DNA of 63,328 bases, the filler included, from Choristocarpus tenellus KU-1152 (lineage: Eukaryota > Protista > Phaeophyceae): the NCBI GenBank assembly GCA_964200185.2. It is 9 parts of 9 records of this genome, joined end to end, with 100 filler letters (N's around TTAATTAATTAA, not from the genome) between each part and the next. Parts side by side here need not be neighbours in the genome. Positions count along the whole stretch, not along the records: positions 47,654 to 59,904 come from CAXNAD020001911.1; positions 60,005 to 63,328 come from CAXNAD020020788.1; 7 more parts are not named here. The stretch is one strand, 5' to 3'. Below are positions 48,719 to 62,200 of the stretch, in pieces; the first letter of the stretch is position 1; every line of letters begins with the position of its first letter. The notes beneath the pieces were generated by a model. The model worked only from the letters and a program-made list of their open reading frames with translations. It searched no databases and was not told the DNA's origin. Made by a program: the position numbers and the translations under genes.

Positions 48719-51700
48719 TCAGCATGCTGCAGATGGGGCACTGAACGTTGGTGAAGTGTCAACCACAGACATGGATGCAGCTAGACCTTCCAGGAAACCT
48801 GTCTTCCCTCGTGGTCCCGATGGCTTCGCAATATTCAACAATGACCCTCCTCCAGGGCTAGCACCAACCAACTCCTCCTCAGACCCATCAATACCCCTCT
48901 CCCCTTTCTTGAATTTATCAACCCCTACCTCAACTGTTCCCACTCTCCCCTCCCCCCCCCCAACCACGTCATCTTCCCTCCACACCTCCACCGGAATCGG
49001 TCCAAGAGAGTTACTGCCGTCGCCACCACCACTCTCCCCTATCCAGTACCCCGCATTCCCCTCAAGGCCTTCTTCTATCCCCAGTAGCGACAAAGGTTCC
49101 AGATCGGCTGGAAACAACAAACCTGCATCCATCATGCTGTCTGAATCAGACACATTTCCTCCCTCAACCACCCTCCCTGCCCCCTTTCCCCAGCCCCGAA
49201 CATCTACATCCGCTTCTCTTTCCCCATCTGACGAGGAAATTTCTTCAAGGGAGAGAGTTGCAAGAGGGCTTGCTTTTCTATCCTTGGTCTGTGAAACCTC
49301 GGAATCCTGCAGTTCACCACCCTTTGACACACAGTTGGGGAACGAGTCGAACCCTATGCCTGAGTCTGCTTGCTGCTGGGCCGCTTCATATCCCTCACAT
49401 ACACCCCTTGTCAGGCCAGCCACCAGCATGCTAGACACGGAGGCGGTGTCATTGCAACTTTGCCCTTGCCACGATGGTGTCCTGTGCAAGAAGGTGTCAT
49501 TGAAGTCCTCAATGGGGCTCCATTCTTGGGTCCAGGTGAGATCTGACGCATCACCCAGCAGCTCAACATTGTTTACCATTGGATTGCAACCCACCTGCTC
49601 AGAATGAAAAAGGGGATCACAACGGAATGAGACAAAGGAGAATCATGATATTCCCATTCTTGATGCAGGGTTAGTGACAGGGGGAATGCAGGCTCAACTA
49701 GATGACACCAAAAAATATCAGAGGGTGTGCCGAAGGCCCTTTAGCCTTGCTTGCTAGTTTGATAAACATTTATCAATTTGAGTATGACTATGGATCTATT
49801 TTGTGTGGTGAAATGTTCACATCCTTGATTAATAATTTAGATGACGTAATGAACAAGGACATACATGAATCTAAAATATTTGAAACCACAAAAAGAAATC
49901 ACTCATGATCAGTAAGGAAAAGCATACATAGGGAACACACAAAAGGATGAAGTTGATGCATCTCTTGCACTCTCCTGTACAACTTACAATAGACTGTGCC
50001 AGAATTACGGCTAGGGTGAGACATGAGGCTGGAGGAGAAATATTAGACGAAAACATAACCAATTCGAGACAAACCAATAATCCTCCTGTTGCGATTCCCC
50101 ATCATACTCTTACCACGCACAATGGAACCGAAGGTTAGGGCAACAAAAATGCAGACTTTCTACAAAGTGCTCGCAACAGAAAGAAGGCACATATAAAAGA
50201 CATTATGGAAGGTTTGCTCAGATAAAGTGATTAGGACCTCCTTGTGTGTTTCAAGTATCAACTTTATACACAGAGAGAAACGCGAATGATGCACCCTTTG
50301 AAACACACAATACAACTAGATTTCACAAGTAATTTACTAGATATGCCAACAACGATTGCAATCACACGGGTAGGCTCAATGTCTGGTCTATAAAGACTTC
50401 AGGCCAACAAATAGCTCCAAACCATCTTTACATAAGTATAATCAGGATGACCAAATGCTCTCGAACAAGAAGAAAGGAGCAGCATTTACAGTTGTCAAAA
50501 ACAGGCACAATTTCTGCATACACATATCCTGAAACAGTTAACACACCTGAATTGCAGATGGCGTACCCATTATCAACCCTGAAGTCGTACCACTTCCACC
50601 AAACAACCTCCCATCAACATCTCCATCAGCACCATTGCAACCCTGGCCATCTTTGTCAACGGATAATTCACCCATTCCTTGCACAATGCCACCCCTCTCA
50701 GTCCCCCTTCTCCCCCCTCCATCCAAAACCCTGTCTTGGTTTCCAGCTGGATTCATCGTAACTACATCCTCTTCATCTCCTAGGAGGCACAGTTCCACTT
50801 CTGAAAAAGGGTCCTCCCTTTGCCACTCCGCAGATAGATCAATTGTATCCATTTTTGGTCTCAACCCGAAACTCTCCCCTTCCTGCCCCTTTGGGACAAG
50901 CTCCTCCTCCCTTAGGACGATGGGACTATCAGATAGGCTGCTACTTACAAGGGATACAGTGGACCAGTTCAGAACTGGTGCTGGGGGTGTCATCAAGGAG
51001 GACTGGGGTGCTGCATCAGGAACAGGAGATTCAAGAGTCCCCTTCACATTTTGCCCCTTCATACAAGCATGGGGTGGCAACGTTTGCTGCTTGTGCTCGG
51101 GTGCTTGGTGTGCACCCAGCATTGGAGTTGTGGGTATTGCCAGAACCTGGTTGACATGAGAGTGGGGAGAGGGAGAGGTGGTGATGAACAAGATGGATGT
51201 TGGGGATGAGTCAGAAACATATGCGATACCTCATGAAAACCTCATGAAAACCTACCTGCCAACATTCCACTCCCCTAGGACATACTTGATAGTTTTGCTA
51301 GGAGAATGAACGACAGTTCTTGAGAGATAAATCTTTTTGTTCATGGCAAATGAGAACATTTGCGTTCACGATCATATGTCTCCCCCTCCAAAACTCCTAC
51401 ATCACAACCCTACCCACCCCTGCACCCCCTGCCAATGCACGACATGCTCTCTCACCTTCCGCTTGTGACTGCGCTTTGGCACAACTGACGAAGTACATGG
51501 CACCAAGTCGGCTCCAACTCTCACACCCTTCGTCAACAAATTTGCCACTCCCTTCCCTACCATCCCTTCCAGCTTCCTCCCCAGCCCACAACTGGTTTCC
51601 ATACCAATGCGACTTAGTCCAGCCCCTCTGGAGGCATGGCTTGTTGATTTCCACTTTTTCGTTTCTTGGTGCCCTTCATCGTCACTCCCCCCCCCAACAC

Positions 51701-52750
51701 AAGGATGATGCCCTCCTGACACGCCACCCTTACCCCCATTCACTAACCTATTTGGCTCCACATGTGTGCTTAACCCAGACAAGTTGCTGCCACCGTCAAC
51801 AACAACACCATCAGAAACTACACCGTCTTGCTTCTGATCTGATCGTTGCTCGGCTGTGGAGGACGATGATGATACTGAAGGTGTGACATTTTTCCGCTTG
51901 TTGTGGTGTTGGCCATGGTAATGATGACCTCCTGAATGGTGCATGGCCGCCTCTGCCTTGATATACATCTGGTGCTCCTGGAGTCGCATGGATGGCTTCG
52001 TATGCCTTCTCTCCGTGATGAGGTTCTCATCTTGAGGGGCATCTGCCCGTGGCGAGTATCGCATTCGGGCAGCTGCAATACTGCTCCTGGGTGTCAGGGA
52101 GGGGAAATGAAGCAAGGAAGATTTCAAAGACAATAATGACATGTATCGGTTCAAAACCCCTATCGGAAATAGTTTATGGTGATTTCCTGTAACTCTTGCT
52201 CAAAAAAAGCTTAGAGAACGTGGCATCAATCAACCTCCAACTTGTACTTGCGCCTTTGCCCTCAACAAAAATCGCAACACGGTAATAACAAGGCACTGCA
52301 AGGCCTCTGGCATGAGAAATCCTGGAGCTATGTAACCCTTCCAAGCGCAATCAATACAAGAACATTTCATCCATCATACCTAAACTGAAAGTTGCAAGTA
52401 CTGCACTGCTTGACAGCAGACTTCACCAGCGCACGGCAGTTTGGACATCGCTTCCTTCCCCTCCCGAGCTTCTCCGGTGCTGGCAGCTTCATTGTCAACC
52501 TGTTGGCCTCACCTTCCCCGCCCCCTTCATCCGCATGTGACGCTTCTTCCCTCACAGCAACTTCCACCCCTCGCGCCGTCCCAAGCTCTCCTCCATCTAC
52601 TGCGGCCACATGCACTGGTGATGTCGGTGGGGACATGGGTACCCTGGATGTAGTTTCGGGGACTTTCTCCACACACTGTTTCTCCGACACGGCAGGTGTA
52701 GAAGATTTCACTGTGCTTTCTGCTGACTCCTGAAAGCTGAGCATAGCCAT
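48719..52750 (-). CDS. Low-complexity protein with a basic CxxC...CxxC zinc-ribbon-like motif (probably nuclear), 4 coding exons
   Basis: Exons 52380-52750 (ending GRGRKRCPNCRALVKSAVKQCSTCNFQF), 51456-52080, 50547-51146 and 48719-49594. Introns are GT-AG, phases are consistent and there are no stops. Confidence 0.75.
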
Positions 52751-55700
52751 GGGCTACCGAGATTCTTCTTCACCTGAAGCTTGTCCTGTGAAGGGGGTAT
52801 GGAAACACAGAACACCAGAGAAAGTTTGGAGATAGGGTAAAATCAACACCAGTAGATTGTCCTCACACAAAACAACGGTCAGCGCCAGCTATGCTAGAAG
52901 AGTGAGTACAACGGAGGCAGTAGGATAAGGGTGCCACTAGGGTCCTCAAGGGTTGTAATCCCACCTTAAAACCCACGTAACACTGTGGTAATGTGATGGA
53001 CAACCAAACCCAAGAAAGCCAGCAGACTCGAGTATCGAAACACAACAAGAGTCTAACACTCTGGGGTCAATTACAAAGATATAGGCAGCATACTAAGTCA
53101 GGTCTTAATCAAGGCTAGTAGTATGACCAGCGTGTCTTGAAAGCAGTAACCCCCGATATCTCGGGAAATTGCAAATGGTCCCTTCCACTTTGATCACACT
53201 TTCGATTGCCGATCGCCGCTTGCCGCACTCCGCCGCAGAAGGGAGGTTAAGCTTGATAGGTAGATTAAACTATAAGAAAATGGTCAATGCGATGAACTGT
53301 ATGATTGTGTGATTTGCGAGTGGGTCATTACCCGTACCTCACCCCCTATCTATCTGCCCCATTCCCTCCCAGTGGACAAATCTAAAACGGTCGGGTAAAT
53401 GTGAATGCTATCCCCCCCAGACTGACCGAAGGGCTTCTATCTCACCTTCCTCCACAATCTCTAAAACCTCCGACGAGATGCTAGATAGCCTACAATGTTC
53501 GACCTCCTTTCGGCTTTGCCTCGTTTCACTCCCACCCTTTGTGTTCAACTGCTCTCAGAGGTTCGGTACATAGGTGTCACGACTCGGAGATCAAGAAAAA
53601 TATCGTGGGACCTTTTAATTGGTCTAATCTTACTTCACATATTTGATACCGATTCACTACCTCCACATTTTCTAGATACCGTGATCTTTCAGTGGTCAGT
53701 ACTGCTCCAAGCACGGGAGTTGTGGGAAATGGATCAGTGGATTTAAAATCAAAAGAAAGCGGCTTTTTGAACTTGAGGTCTTTTCTGTAGGTGGCGGGGA
53801 AATCACCGCTTATCTTGACAAACCATAACAAGATATTAAGAATCAGATGGAATCTGAATCTCGAAAGCTGACATTCAAACAGTGTATGAGTTTGCAGCTG
53901 CGACTTGAAAAAACAAAAATAATAGGAGGGGAGTAAGGGTTGTATATTTTATATAAAAGGGGAGGAGGGGGGGAGAATTCCAGGTTACACCGACAGGAGG
54001 TACAACACGTGTCATAATGACTTGGACGTATTTTTAGTTAGCGTTCTCAACCATATTGGTTACTGCATTACCACTGCAAAAAGTTGGATGGACTAGACCA
54101 GTCTTGGTGCTTAGGTGTGGATATGCGACTGACTGAATCGTCATTTTTCGAGCTACCAGGCAGATGAACAATTGGAGTGAGTGAGTTTATCACACTGCTA
54201 GGCTACGACACGTTATTCAAAGCACCTTCTTCGTGACATACCATCGCATCATTAGCGACGACAGCTCCCAAATATGTTCTTCCAAAGGAAAGACAAAAGA
54301 TCGTATTTGCTATCACCACCAACGAATCCTGGAAGTGATACTCTACTAAGACATGCACGCGTGCACACTATTATAGCATTTCCGTGTAGGCGCTAGCCCA
54401 AGTCCACACCTCAAAAGTGATGAATAGGTACGTATCCTGGTGGAAAGTCATCAGAGCGAGAGGATATTGGAAGTTACCACCAGTACCTTATTCGTAAGCT
54501 GAACGCGCCACCGAGGTGGATTCGAGAGGGGTGAACTGAACGATGAGGAACAAGATCGCAGGGCTAGGAAAGTTAGGACGCCAATCGTCCGTGGCATTCA
54601 CGAATCCATGCGGATGAAGTGAAAGTAAGCGCCAATTAATATCAACAGTTATGTGGAGGGGAGGCAGAACCAAACATGGTGAATTCATCTTTGTCATGTA
54701 GACCATCAGATAATCACGTTGTCCTTGTAAGTATCCAAAGTGACTGAGTATGGAGGTTAGCAGGATGATCAAAGCAGCGAATGAGAAAGGAACTCAGAGA
54801 GTTTATCACGGACACAATGACATGCAGTCTCCATTGCGATGGAGAATTTCATTTTGCAGTCATACACATCCAACACAACTCAGCTGCTGAAGTATCTAGT
54901 TTTTTTGCATCTTCACTATATATACCATGAGTTTGGTTGGGGGGGGGACCATTGAAGGAAGGGTTGTGACCACGTGCAATTCGCAGTATGACCAGCAGTA
55001 ATAGTGAGACATAATACGGAGGGGAAAGAAAGATAAATGAGCAAGGCAATAGGCAGTCTTCGACCCATTGCAAGAGCAAGAAATCCTACTCATCTACCTT
55101 CAAGCAGACAGGTAACAGACGTCTAGTGAAGGGGAAAAAATTAATGTAAGGAATGGGAGGCACTGGTTTGAGATACAGGACAACAATATTGATATTGCTC
55201 CAGGATGAAACATACCCACATTCTTCCCTGGTCCATAGTACGTGGTAGGGGGGGTCAGGTGTGCATTTGGGGCCTTTGTGACTCTGTGGTGATTTTCATG
55301 TCATTCTGAGTTAACACGACAAATGGAAGGGCAATTTCTTTCATCTGGATGCATCTCCCTTTTCCATCCCCCTGCCTGGACCAAATCCAAATAAAGATCA
55401 CTCCACAGAAAAGGCGTTAAACTGGTGTGTTTTTCAATACCCCATCAAGCCCTGAATGGAAAATGTGGTCTAACCCTCCCCTACCATCTACAGTACTATT
55501 GGTCACTGATTTGCTGCTTCAAAGTTTTCATCTGAAGCATCACTTGTGTGTATTTGCAGTAGTTAGCTCCTTGATCACGAAGAAGGGCAGGGCTCTACAA
55601 CACTACTTCTATATCATTATAAGAATCTAACAATTTCCCGCAACTGGTCTTTGATCATCACAGTAATGGACAGTGTATGAAAGAGAGTGTTTTAGAAACA

Positions 55701-57020
55701 TAACAAAGGGTAAGAGAAAAAAATGAGATGGAATGATTCATCGGTCCAAGTGTGCCAAGGACTAGTAAAAGGTTATCTAAGGTGATTTTTTTAAGGAGCA
55801 ACCAAAAAAATGGGAAGAAAACCTTGTCTTACTTTTCTGGAGTAACATAACATCCTTTATATCCTCAACTCCAAAATATAGCTTACAACTCATTGAATAT
55901 GTTGTGGTGGTTATGTTGCTTCAGCCACCTTGGTGTAAGAAAAAATCATTCCAAGCATTACATGCAACCCCCAGTAAACACCCACATACGAAGTATACAG
56001 CATATTCTGTTGCTCCTTTGATACAACTTCAATGAGCAATACCCCCACCTCTTCTCTTTCTCATCCCCTACTTGTTATTCATGAAACATTTCTACTTCTC
56101 ATGCACACATCACCAATTTCGCATGTTCATGGATGTTTCACTCTTTTTCTTCTGAACAAAGAGGTCCTGAAGCTTAAATGTGAGCAAGTACCACCCTAAT
56201 CTGTTGAAAGTGCTGAGAGTGATTACAAAAAAGTCCGTACCTATCCATCACACAGAAATTTCTTGTTGCAGTTGCATCCACAGCACAAATAACCAAAATC
56301 CATTCCAGTATTTATGATAGCATTGAGTACTTGAGTCAGGAGGGAGAAGAAAAAAACTGTTGAGTGTGTGCAAATTGAACTCCATCTTTAGTTCTACCTT
56401 CAGCCTCATCAAAGTACAAAAAAGTGCTTGGAATAATTTTTTCCTTTTTTCAACAAGATGATTCACACATTGTTGACAAACTATACCAATACAACACATG
56501 TAATATCCACACCCTAGTAAAAACACAGTTGACAATTTTAACAAGGTCTCACAACCACATATATGCCGTCCAACCTTCCACAACCCAAATAAATGAAAAC
56601 TCGCTCACCCCCCTTCTTTTGATATGTCCACAACCCAGCAGCTCTGTCCCCAAGTGCACGATAAATCAGTGTGGTGTGTACTTCAGGCTGCAGTGGTGAG
56701 AATCTCACAAGTTGCATTGATCAACTGACAGCTTAATTAGATCACAGGAGATCAAAAAAGGAGAACATTTGGTTGATCTACCCACCGTAGATATTCCTCT
56801 GTATCACACCTGCAAAAAAAACCTTCTCAAACACCCCACAACGACTTCTGATCACCCCCACGCAATCTCCCTCCCTCCTCCTCACCGAGTACATGGATGT
56901 GACAAACCTAGACATCATGGCCAGCTGCCTTGCACCATATCAACCCGACCACTCTACACAGACTTGCATACCCAAGAAGAGTTGCCGCCCCTTCCACAGT
57001 ATCCACACATTTCCTTCTGC

Positions 57021-59673
57021 CTAGTGTGCATCCTGTGACCACTGTATGGTGCGAATATCAACCCCTTCCTGCACCATCTCCCAAAGAGGGCTCATGGAGC
57101 GGAGTCGCTCTACATGTCCCGCAAGGAGGTCCACCGCAAAGTCCACCTCCTCCTCAGTAGTGAAGCGTCCAATCCCTGTGAAACCATTACCACATCACCC
57201 CAGTGGTGGATAAAATTTTCATGTAGGAGGTTGGACTTCTATTCCCAAGCGAGAAAATATTTTAGTCATTGGGTTTACCGAAAAATTCAGGCTTAGATTG
57301 AAGGGTTAGTGTGGGGGGAAATGTTAAGGGGGTCTAAAGTCATTCTGACATGCACAACACACACCAACAGTGCCCTATGCATCTACAAAGAGCACTGCTT
57401 GCTGCCGCTCAATGCTGTAGGTCTCTTCAACCTTTCCATGTACACAGACCACTTTACATCTACCTTTGCTTCAAAGGTCTTACATTTCATCTCTCAGTAA
57501 GCCGGCAGTTGTGTGTTACGCAGTGCAAGCACATCCTTAGAGTTACATAACACTGCATAGTACACATCGCATATCCACACATAAGAAATATTTCCTCCTT
57601 CATTGGGGACAGCAGGCGAGTGGAGATCAACTCACCTAGCTGGAGGAAGTGGCAGCGATATAAATATCAAAATGAGCATTCTTCAGTTTCTTTTCACAAG
57701 CAGACATGATGAAAGAGTTAACTCGTCCTATCACACACAGAGGAATACACAAGTTTCTTCTGCAACCAAGCACAAGAGTGAATATTTAATACAAAAAAAC
57801 ACTATCATAATGCCTTCAAACACAATAGGTGAATTGCAGAACCGTTGTTCCAAATAATTGCCCCCAACCTGCACAAGCTAGAAAAAAAATCAAAAGAACT
57901 ACTAAATAGCAACACCACAGCATTTTTTTTTCCTTGACATAGCAGAAATTAAACATCCCAGCAGAGAGGAGGGGGTGGCAACACTCACACACAAGAAGTG
58001 GTAAGATAGCTACCGATAGGACCAAAGGTTTGGGATGGGGAGGGTGGTGCCAAAAGGTGCAGGGGAATGTGGGAAGGAGGGAGGAGTGAAACTCCGAGGG
58101 AATTGGAACCCTTTAGTCTGAATGTCACCACTCACCAAAGCGAATACTTGTATGTGCCAGGTCTTCTTCAACGCCAATGGCCCTCAGGACATAGCTAGGT
58201 TCAAGGGAGGCTGATGTGCAAGCACTGCCGCTGGAAACCGCGATGTTCTTCAGTGCCATCAGAAGAGACTCACCCTGATGGCGTGGAGCAGCATGGAAAT
58301 TACACAAATATACATTGCAACAAATGAAATGCAGGATGACGTAAGAGTCTCGCGGTGCATTGGGCCGCTGTCCTGCAGTTGAGAACAGAGGCAAGGCATG
58401 TCCTCACTTCAACAGAGTATCAACTACCAAGACAAAAAGAAATCCTCTCCTTTGTAAACTGACCACAGTAGTTGAATAACAAGCACCAAATAACCATACA
58501 ATAGATAACACTGCACTCACCAAACCACAAATCCTCCAGCTGCAAATAGAACACAAAAAGGTTTACGTATTGATCACGTCAAACATATTCTGGGATTGTA
58601 CTTAGTATCAACCAAATTGCAAAAACTTAGACGATCCTTGCAAATATCCATCTACAACAACGGTGACGTGTACAATACAAAGAGACAGACCAGACACCTA
58701 GGACACCCTCATCATCAAACGCAATACCCAGTACCCCTTCCATTGAAGCGATTTCAGCAGGGACACCCCTTCTAGATACGAGAGTGAAGGGAAGACAGGA
58801 AATTCTTCACATCTGCATACGTACAATAACTACTCCATAGCATATCATCATCAAAGTGGGTCCTTCCACACAACCTCTCTGCCTCCCGCCATGAGGCTCT
58901 ACCCTCTACCTCTCACCCTCTTGTTTATGCCTGCTAACCCAAAGGGCAAAGAGTGAACCCTTGGCAATACTGCATACCTCCACATACGCAAACGAGAAGT
59001 TCAAGTTCCCTGGATAACGCCTACTGAAGTCACCATTGAGAGTAACATCCGGGATCCGTTCTGTAACAGCTTTGTACATTCGCTGCGAGAGGTACTCAAC
59101 CCACTCCTTGTCATTCTGCATCTCCTCTTTGGCCACCTTACCAGCGATATGGGGGGAGGGGAGGAGGGAAGATAAAAAGATGATGAGCCAACCACGTGGG
59201 AAGGGTGGGTGCTGTCATGGAGGAGGGAGACAAGAGCAACAAAAGCATGACTTGTTTCCATGTGAAAGTCAAAAACAATAATTAAGGATAAGCATTGCAT
59301 ACTACACTTCAATTAAAAGCAAAAATATGATCAACTTAAGAAAGGTAATGACGGCAAATCCTGTAACACAGCAAGTATGGCTTGTTTACAGTTGAAGCTC
59401 AAGATGTGAATTAAGGGCAAGCATTGGATATTACATTTCAATGAAAAGGGAAAATATGATCAACTAAAGAAAGGTACTGACAGCCAAACCCATAAAACAG
59501 TAGCCCCTTGTCCCACTACATCCCTGAAAATCAGATCAGCACACTCATCAAGTAGTGAGGTATTCTCTCAACCTCCAGGTGCCCGTGCAAAAAATACCTC
59601 ATTCAGAACCAAGGGAAAAGGGAGGAGGGCAAGCAGAGGGTACAGCTCTATACCTGACATGCAGCTCCAAACC
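57021..59673 (-). CDS. NFS1: Cysteine desulfurase (IscS/NFS1), C-terminal four exons
   Basis: Exons 59654-59673 (GFGAACQ), 58978-59136 (VAKEEM...[14 protein letters not shown]), 58136-58274 ([34 protein letters not shown]...SIRFG) and 57021-57175 ([11 protein letters not shown]...[10 protein letters not shown]...IQWSQDAH*). The SSGSACTS catalytic-cysteine motif is present. Confidence 0.97.
59280..59503. repeat. Diverged tandem duplication of about 130 bp in an NFS1 intron
   Basis: AATTAAGG..AAGCATTG...AAAATATGATCAACT.AAGAAAGGTA.TGAC occurs at about 59280 and about 59409. Confidence 0.8.
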
Positions 59674-61099
59674 CTGCGCAGAGAGAATGTGGAAGAGTCC
59701 CTGAGCGCAATCCCTGTTCAACAGGTGTGTGAGGTATGTGAGGAACAGGCACAAGAAACAGAGGAAGGACAAGTACTACTTAGATGCACTAAGGGATGGA
59801 TTGAAGAGGTATTGTTCATCAGTGATTGTTTCAAGCATGTTGGAGGTACAGTGAGTGGAGAGGATAAAAGACTACAAAATATCTTGCAAACACAGTCCCA
59901 ACATNNNNNNNNNNNNNNNNNNNNNNNNNNNNNNNNNNNNNNNNNNNNTTAATTAATTAANNNNNNNNNNNNNNNNNNNNNNNNNNNNNNNNNNNNNNNN
60001 NNNNCCCCCGCCCCCCAGATACTTTGGGTCATAATTGGCCTGGTCCCTTGCTCTTGCATGGAAACAAGGCAGATGACACATAACTTGATGATTTCCATAC
60101 AGTAATGCCCTTTTTCTCTCACGGTCTTTGATAAACGATACCTAGTAGTTACACTCCTTGTACCTACTTTAGTAGTTCATATTTCACCTGTTTGCAAGTA
60201 CAACCAAGTGCGTACACAACATGTTTTGTACCCCTACGATTCAGAATTCTACGAGACAGATGCAAGCCTAGATACAGTGAATGGTGAGATGACCCTTCTG
60301 GTGTGGTTAATGCCCCGTTCCATGTTCTATGTGATTTGTCCTTAGAAGTCCTATAAGAGAAAAGCTAACACCGTATACTCTCAGCTCAAATTGGTAGGTA
60401 AAGAAGATATATACACTGCTGGATAAAGTATTTTGTACCTTGATTCAGCGCAGAGTGATGTAGCCGACCTCATAGTGAGGTCGGATTCACATATGCTTTA
60501 AAAGCTTCAGAACACTTTCCTTGCCAAAGCCCAACCTAACGTCGAGCAAAGGCTAGAATCGAAAGATCGTCTATAACATCTCCTGGGCGCATAGTTCAAA
60601 ATAACTAATGCCTATTGTATGTCATCCACATTTATCTCTTGCGCCCTCTTGACTTATCGTTTTATGTGTTACCCTTTACCCACGTTTCTGAACCATTTGT
60701 ACCTAACAATATGTATATTGTGAACTGCGTGGCCACCTGTTGTCTGTCAGCCGATCAGGAGCATCTAACGAATACAAGCCATACGTGTACGCCTGCGAAG
60801 ATGGACACACACGAGAAAAGGTCAAAGAAGAAGATACTTAATATGATGTAGTTCAATGACAAGCGACCGGAGATCTCACAGTGCAAGCATGGAGAGCTGT
60901 ACAGGGAGACAAGCGTTTGCCAGGGTCGAATCTTTCTCTGAAGACATCTTGCCAAGAATTGTCTTTCTCTCCGTTTATGGGCGCCCGTTCTCTATTGTCT
61001 AACCTGTCCATGGCATTATTCAACTACATGCATTGTGGTAAACGGTTGCACGGATACTCTAAACTATACGTGATATTCGAAATTTTCCTGCAGCGTTAT

Positions 61100-62200
61100 T
61101 GATTTGCTAACTCTTTTCCTATGATAAGGTAGCAGTTCGTAATCCTCAATTAGGTACGGCTTATCTCTTTCCCTGAGTTGAACAAGGAACTATACTCCCA
61201 AGGGTTTACTTTTTTTCGCGGGTAATGACAAGCTTGAGATGGAAGAAGGGGTTGCAGGCTCATGGGTCATAGTGGTTCAATGCAGTGTACAGATTGTCCT
61301 ATTGGTATATTGTCCTTTTCTTATCATCGGACATGTCGCCTAACCCCCAACTATACATGACCCTAACCAATAATATTCTTGTTGAGTGTCGACTTGTGAA
61401 TATTTCTTGCAAGCCTCTTTCATTACCAGAGAGAAGAACCCCTAAGGTCAATCTTGGCCAAGAACCGTTTGTTTTGCCCTCCACCCATGAAACTGGTGGA
61501 AATATCCAATCCAGGGAACCCATATCCCAGAGACCTGGTAGGGGCCTCAAAATAGTTGAGATTACCTTGTCAGTGTATGCGAATGTGTGAAATGTCGCTG
61601 TGTGTGCTTGTGTGTTTGGTGTCTTTTTACCGTAAGTATATATTGCAGGCATGATAGATAATTAGTAGATACCTTTTTCAGGAGCTTTTTACTGGCCGTG
61701 TTCAATTCAGGGACAGGTTGAGGAAACAAAGGTCATCCCAGTATCTGTGTGTGGATTCATCATTTCTTTTCGTACCTGAGGTGTTCATAGTACCTATTGA
61801 TGTGGCAAACATTTACTCCTACTAAGAGTAACTAGTGGAATCGATACTGTCATCATACTCAAAAGGAAGATCACACTTCCACCAGTGGATACACCGCTCT
61901 ACATTGATGCCTATGTATCATATTATGCCAATGCTGAATAGTAAGAGGCATCTATGCCGTCCCAGCTTGATCTCACCTAATGTTAGGTATCCTTCTTACA
62001 TACGTGGATTTTAAACCTTTTCTTTCATGTATGTTGTTCTTCGTTGGTGGGATATGATCACAAGGTGTTTCGCTGACATCCACGGAAAGACAGGTGCTTC
62101 AATAGTTGGATTACCAAAATCCTCAAACTGTGTCATACAAGGTCGACCAATTTTTCTTTCACAATAGAACATCTCTACACTTGCATGTACTCAAATCTCC
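61100..62200 (-). mobile_element. Possible degenerate ISL2EU/Harbinger-like DDE transposase remnant
   Basis: Weak collinear motifs: SIDST (cf. IIDCTE), FAYTDKVISTILRPLPG...G (cf. YSxYKxxxTxKxLxG...G) and DMSDDK (cf. MADKGF). Heavily disrupted. Confidence 0.3.

Noticed and set aside
48756-52733. Long plus-strand ORFs (283, 174, 188 and 113 aa)
   Set aside because: Antisense shadows of the spliced minus-strand gene.
4901-60004. Regularly recurring palindrome TTAATTAATTAA between N runs
   Set aside because: Eight identical 100-nt copies with stops in all frames indicate an assembly linker, not biology.
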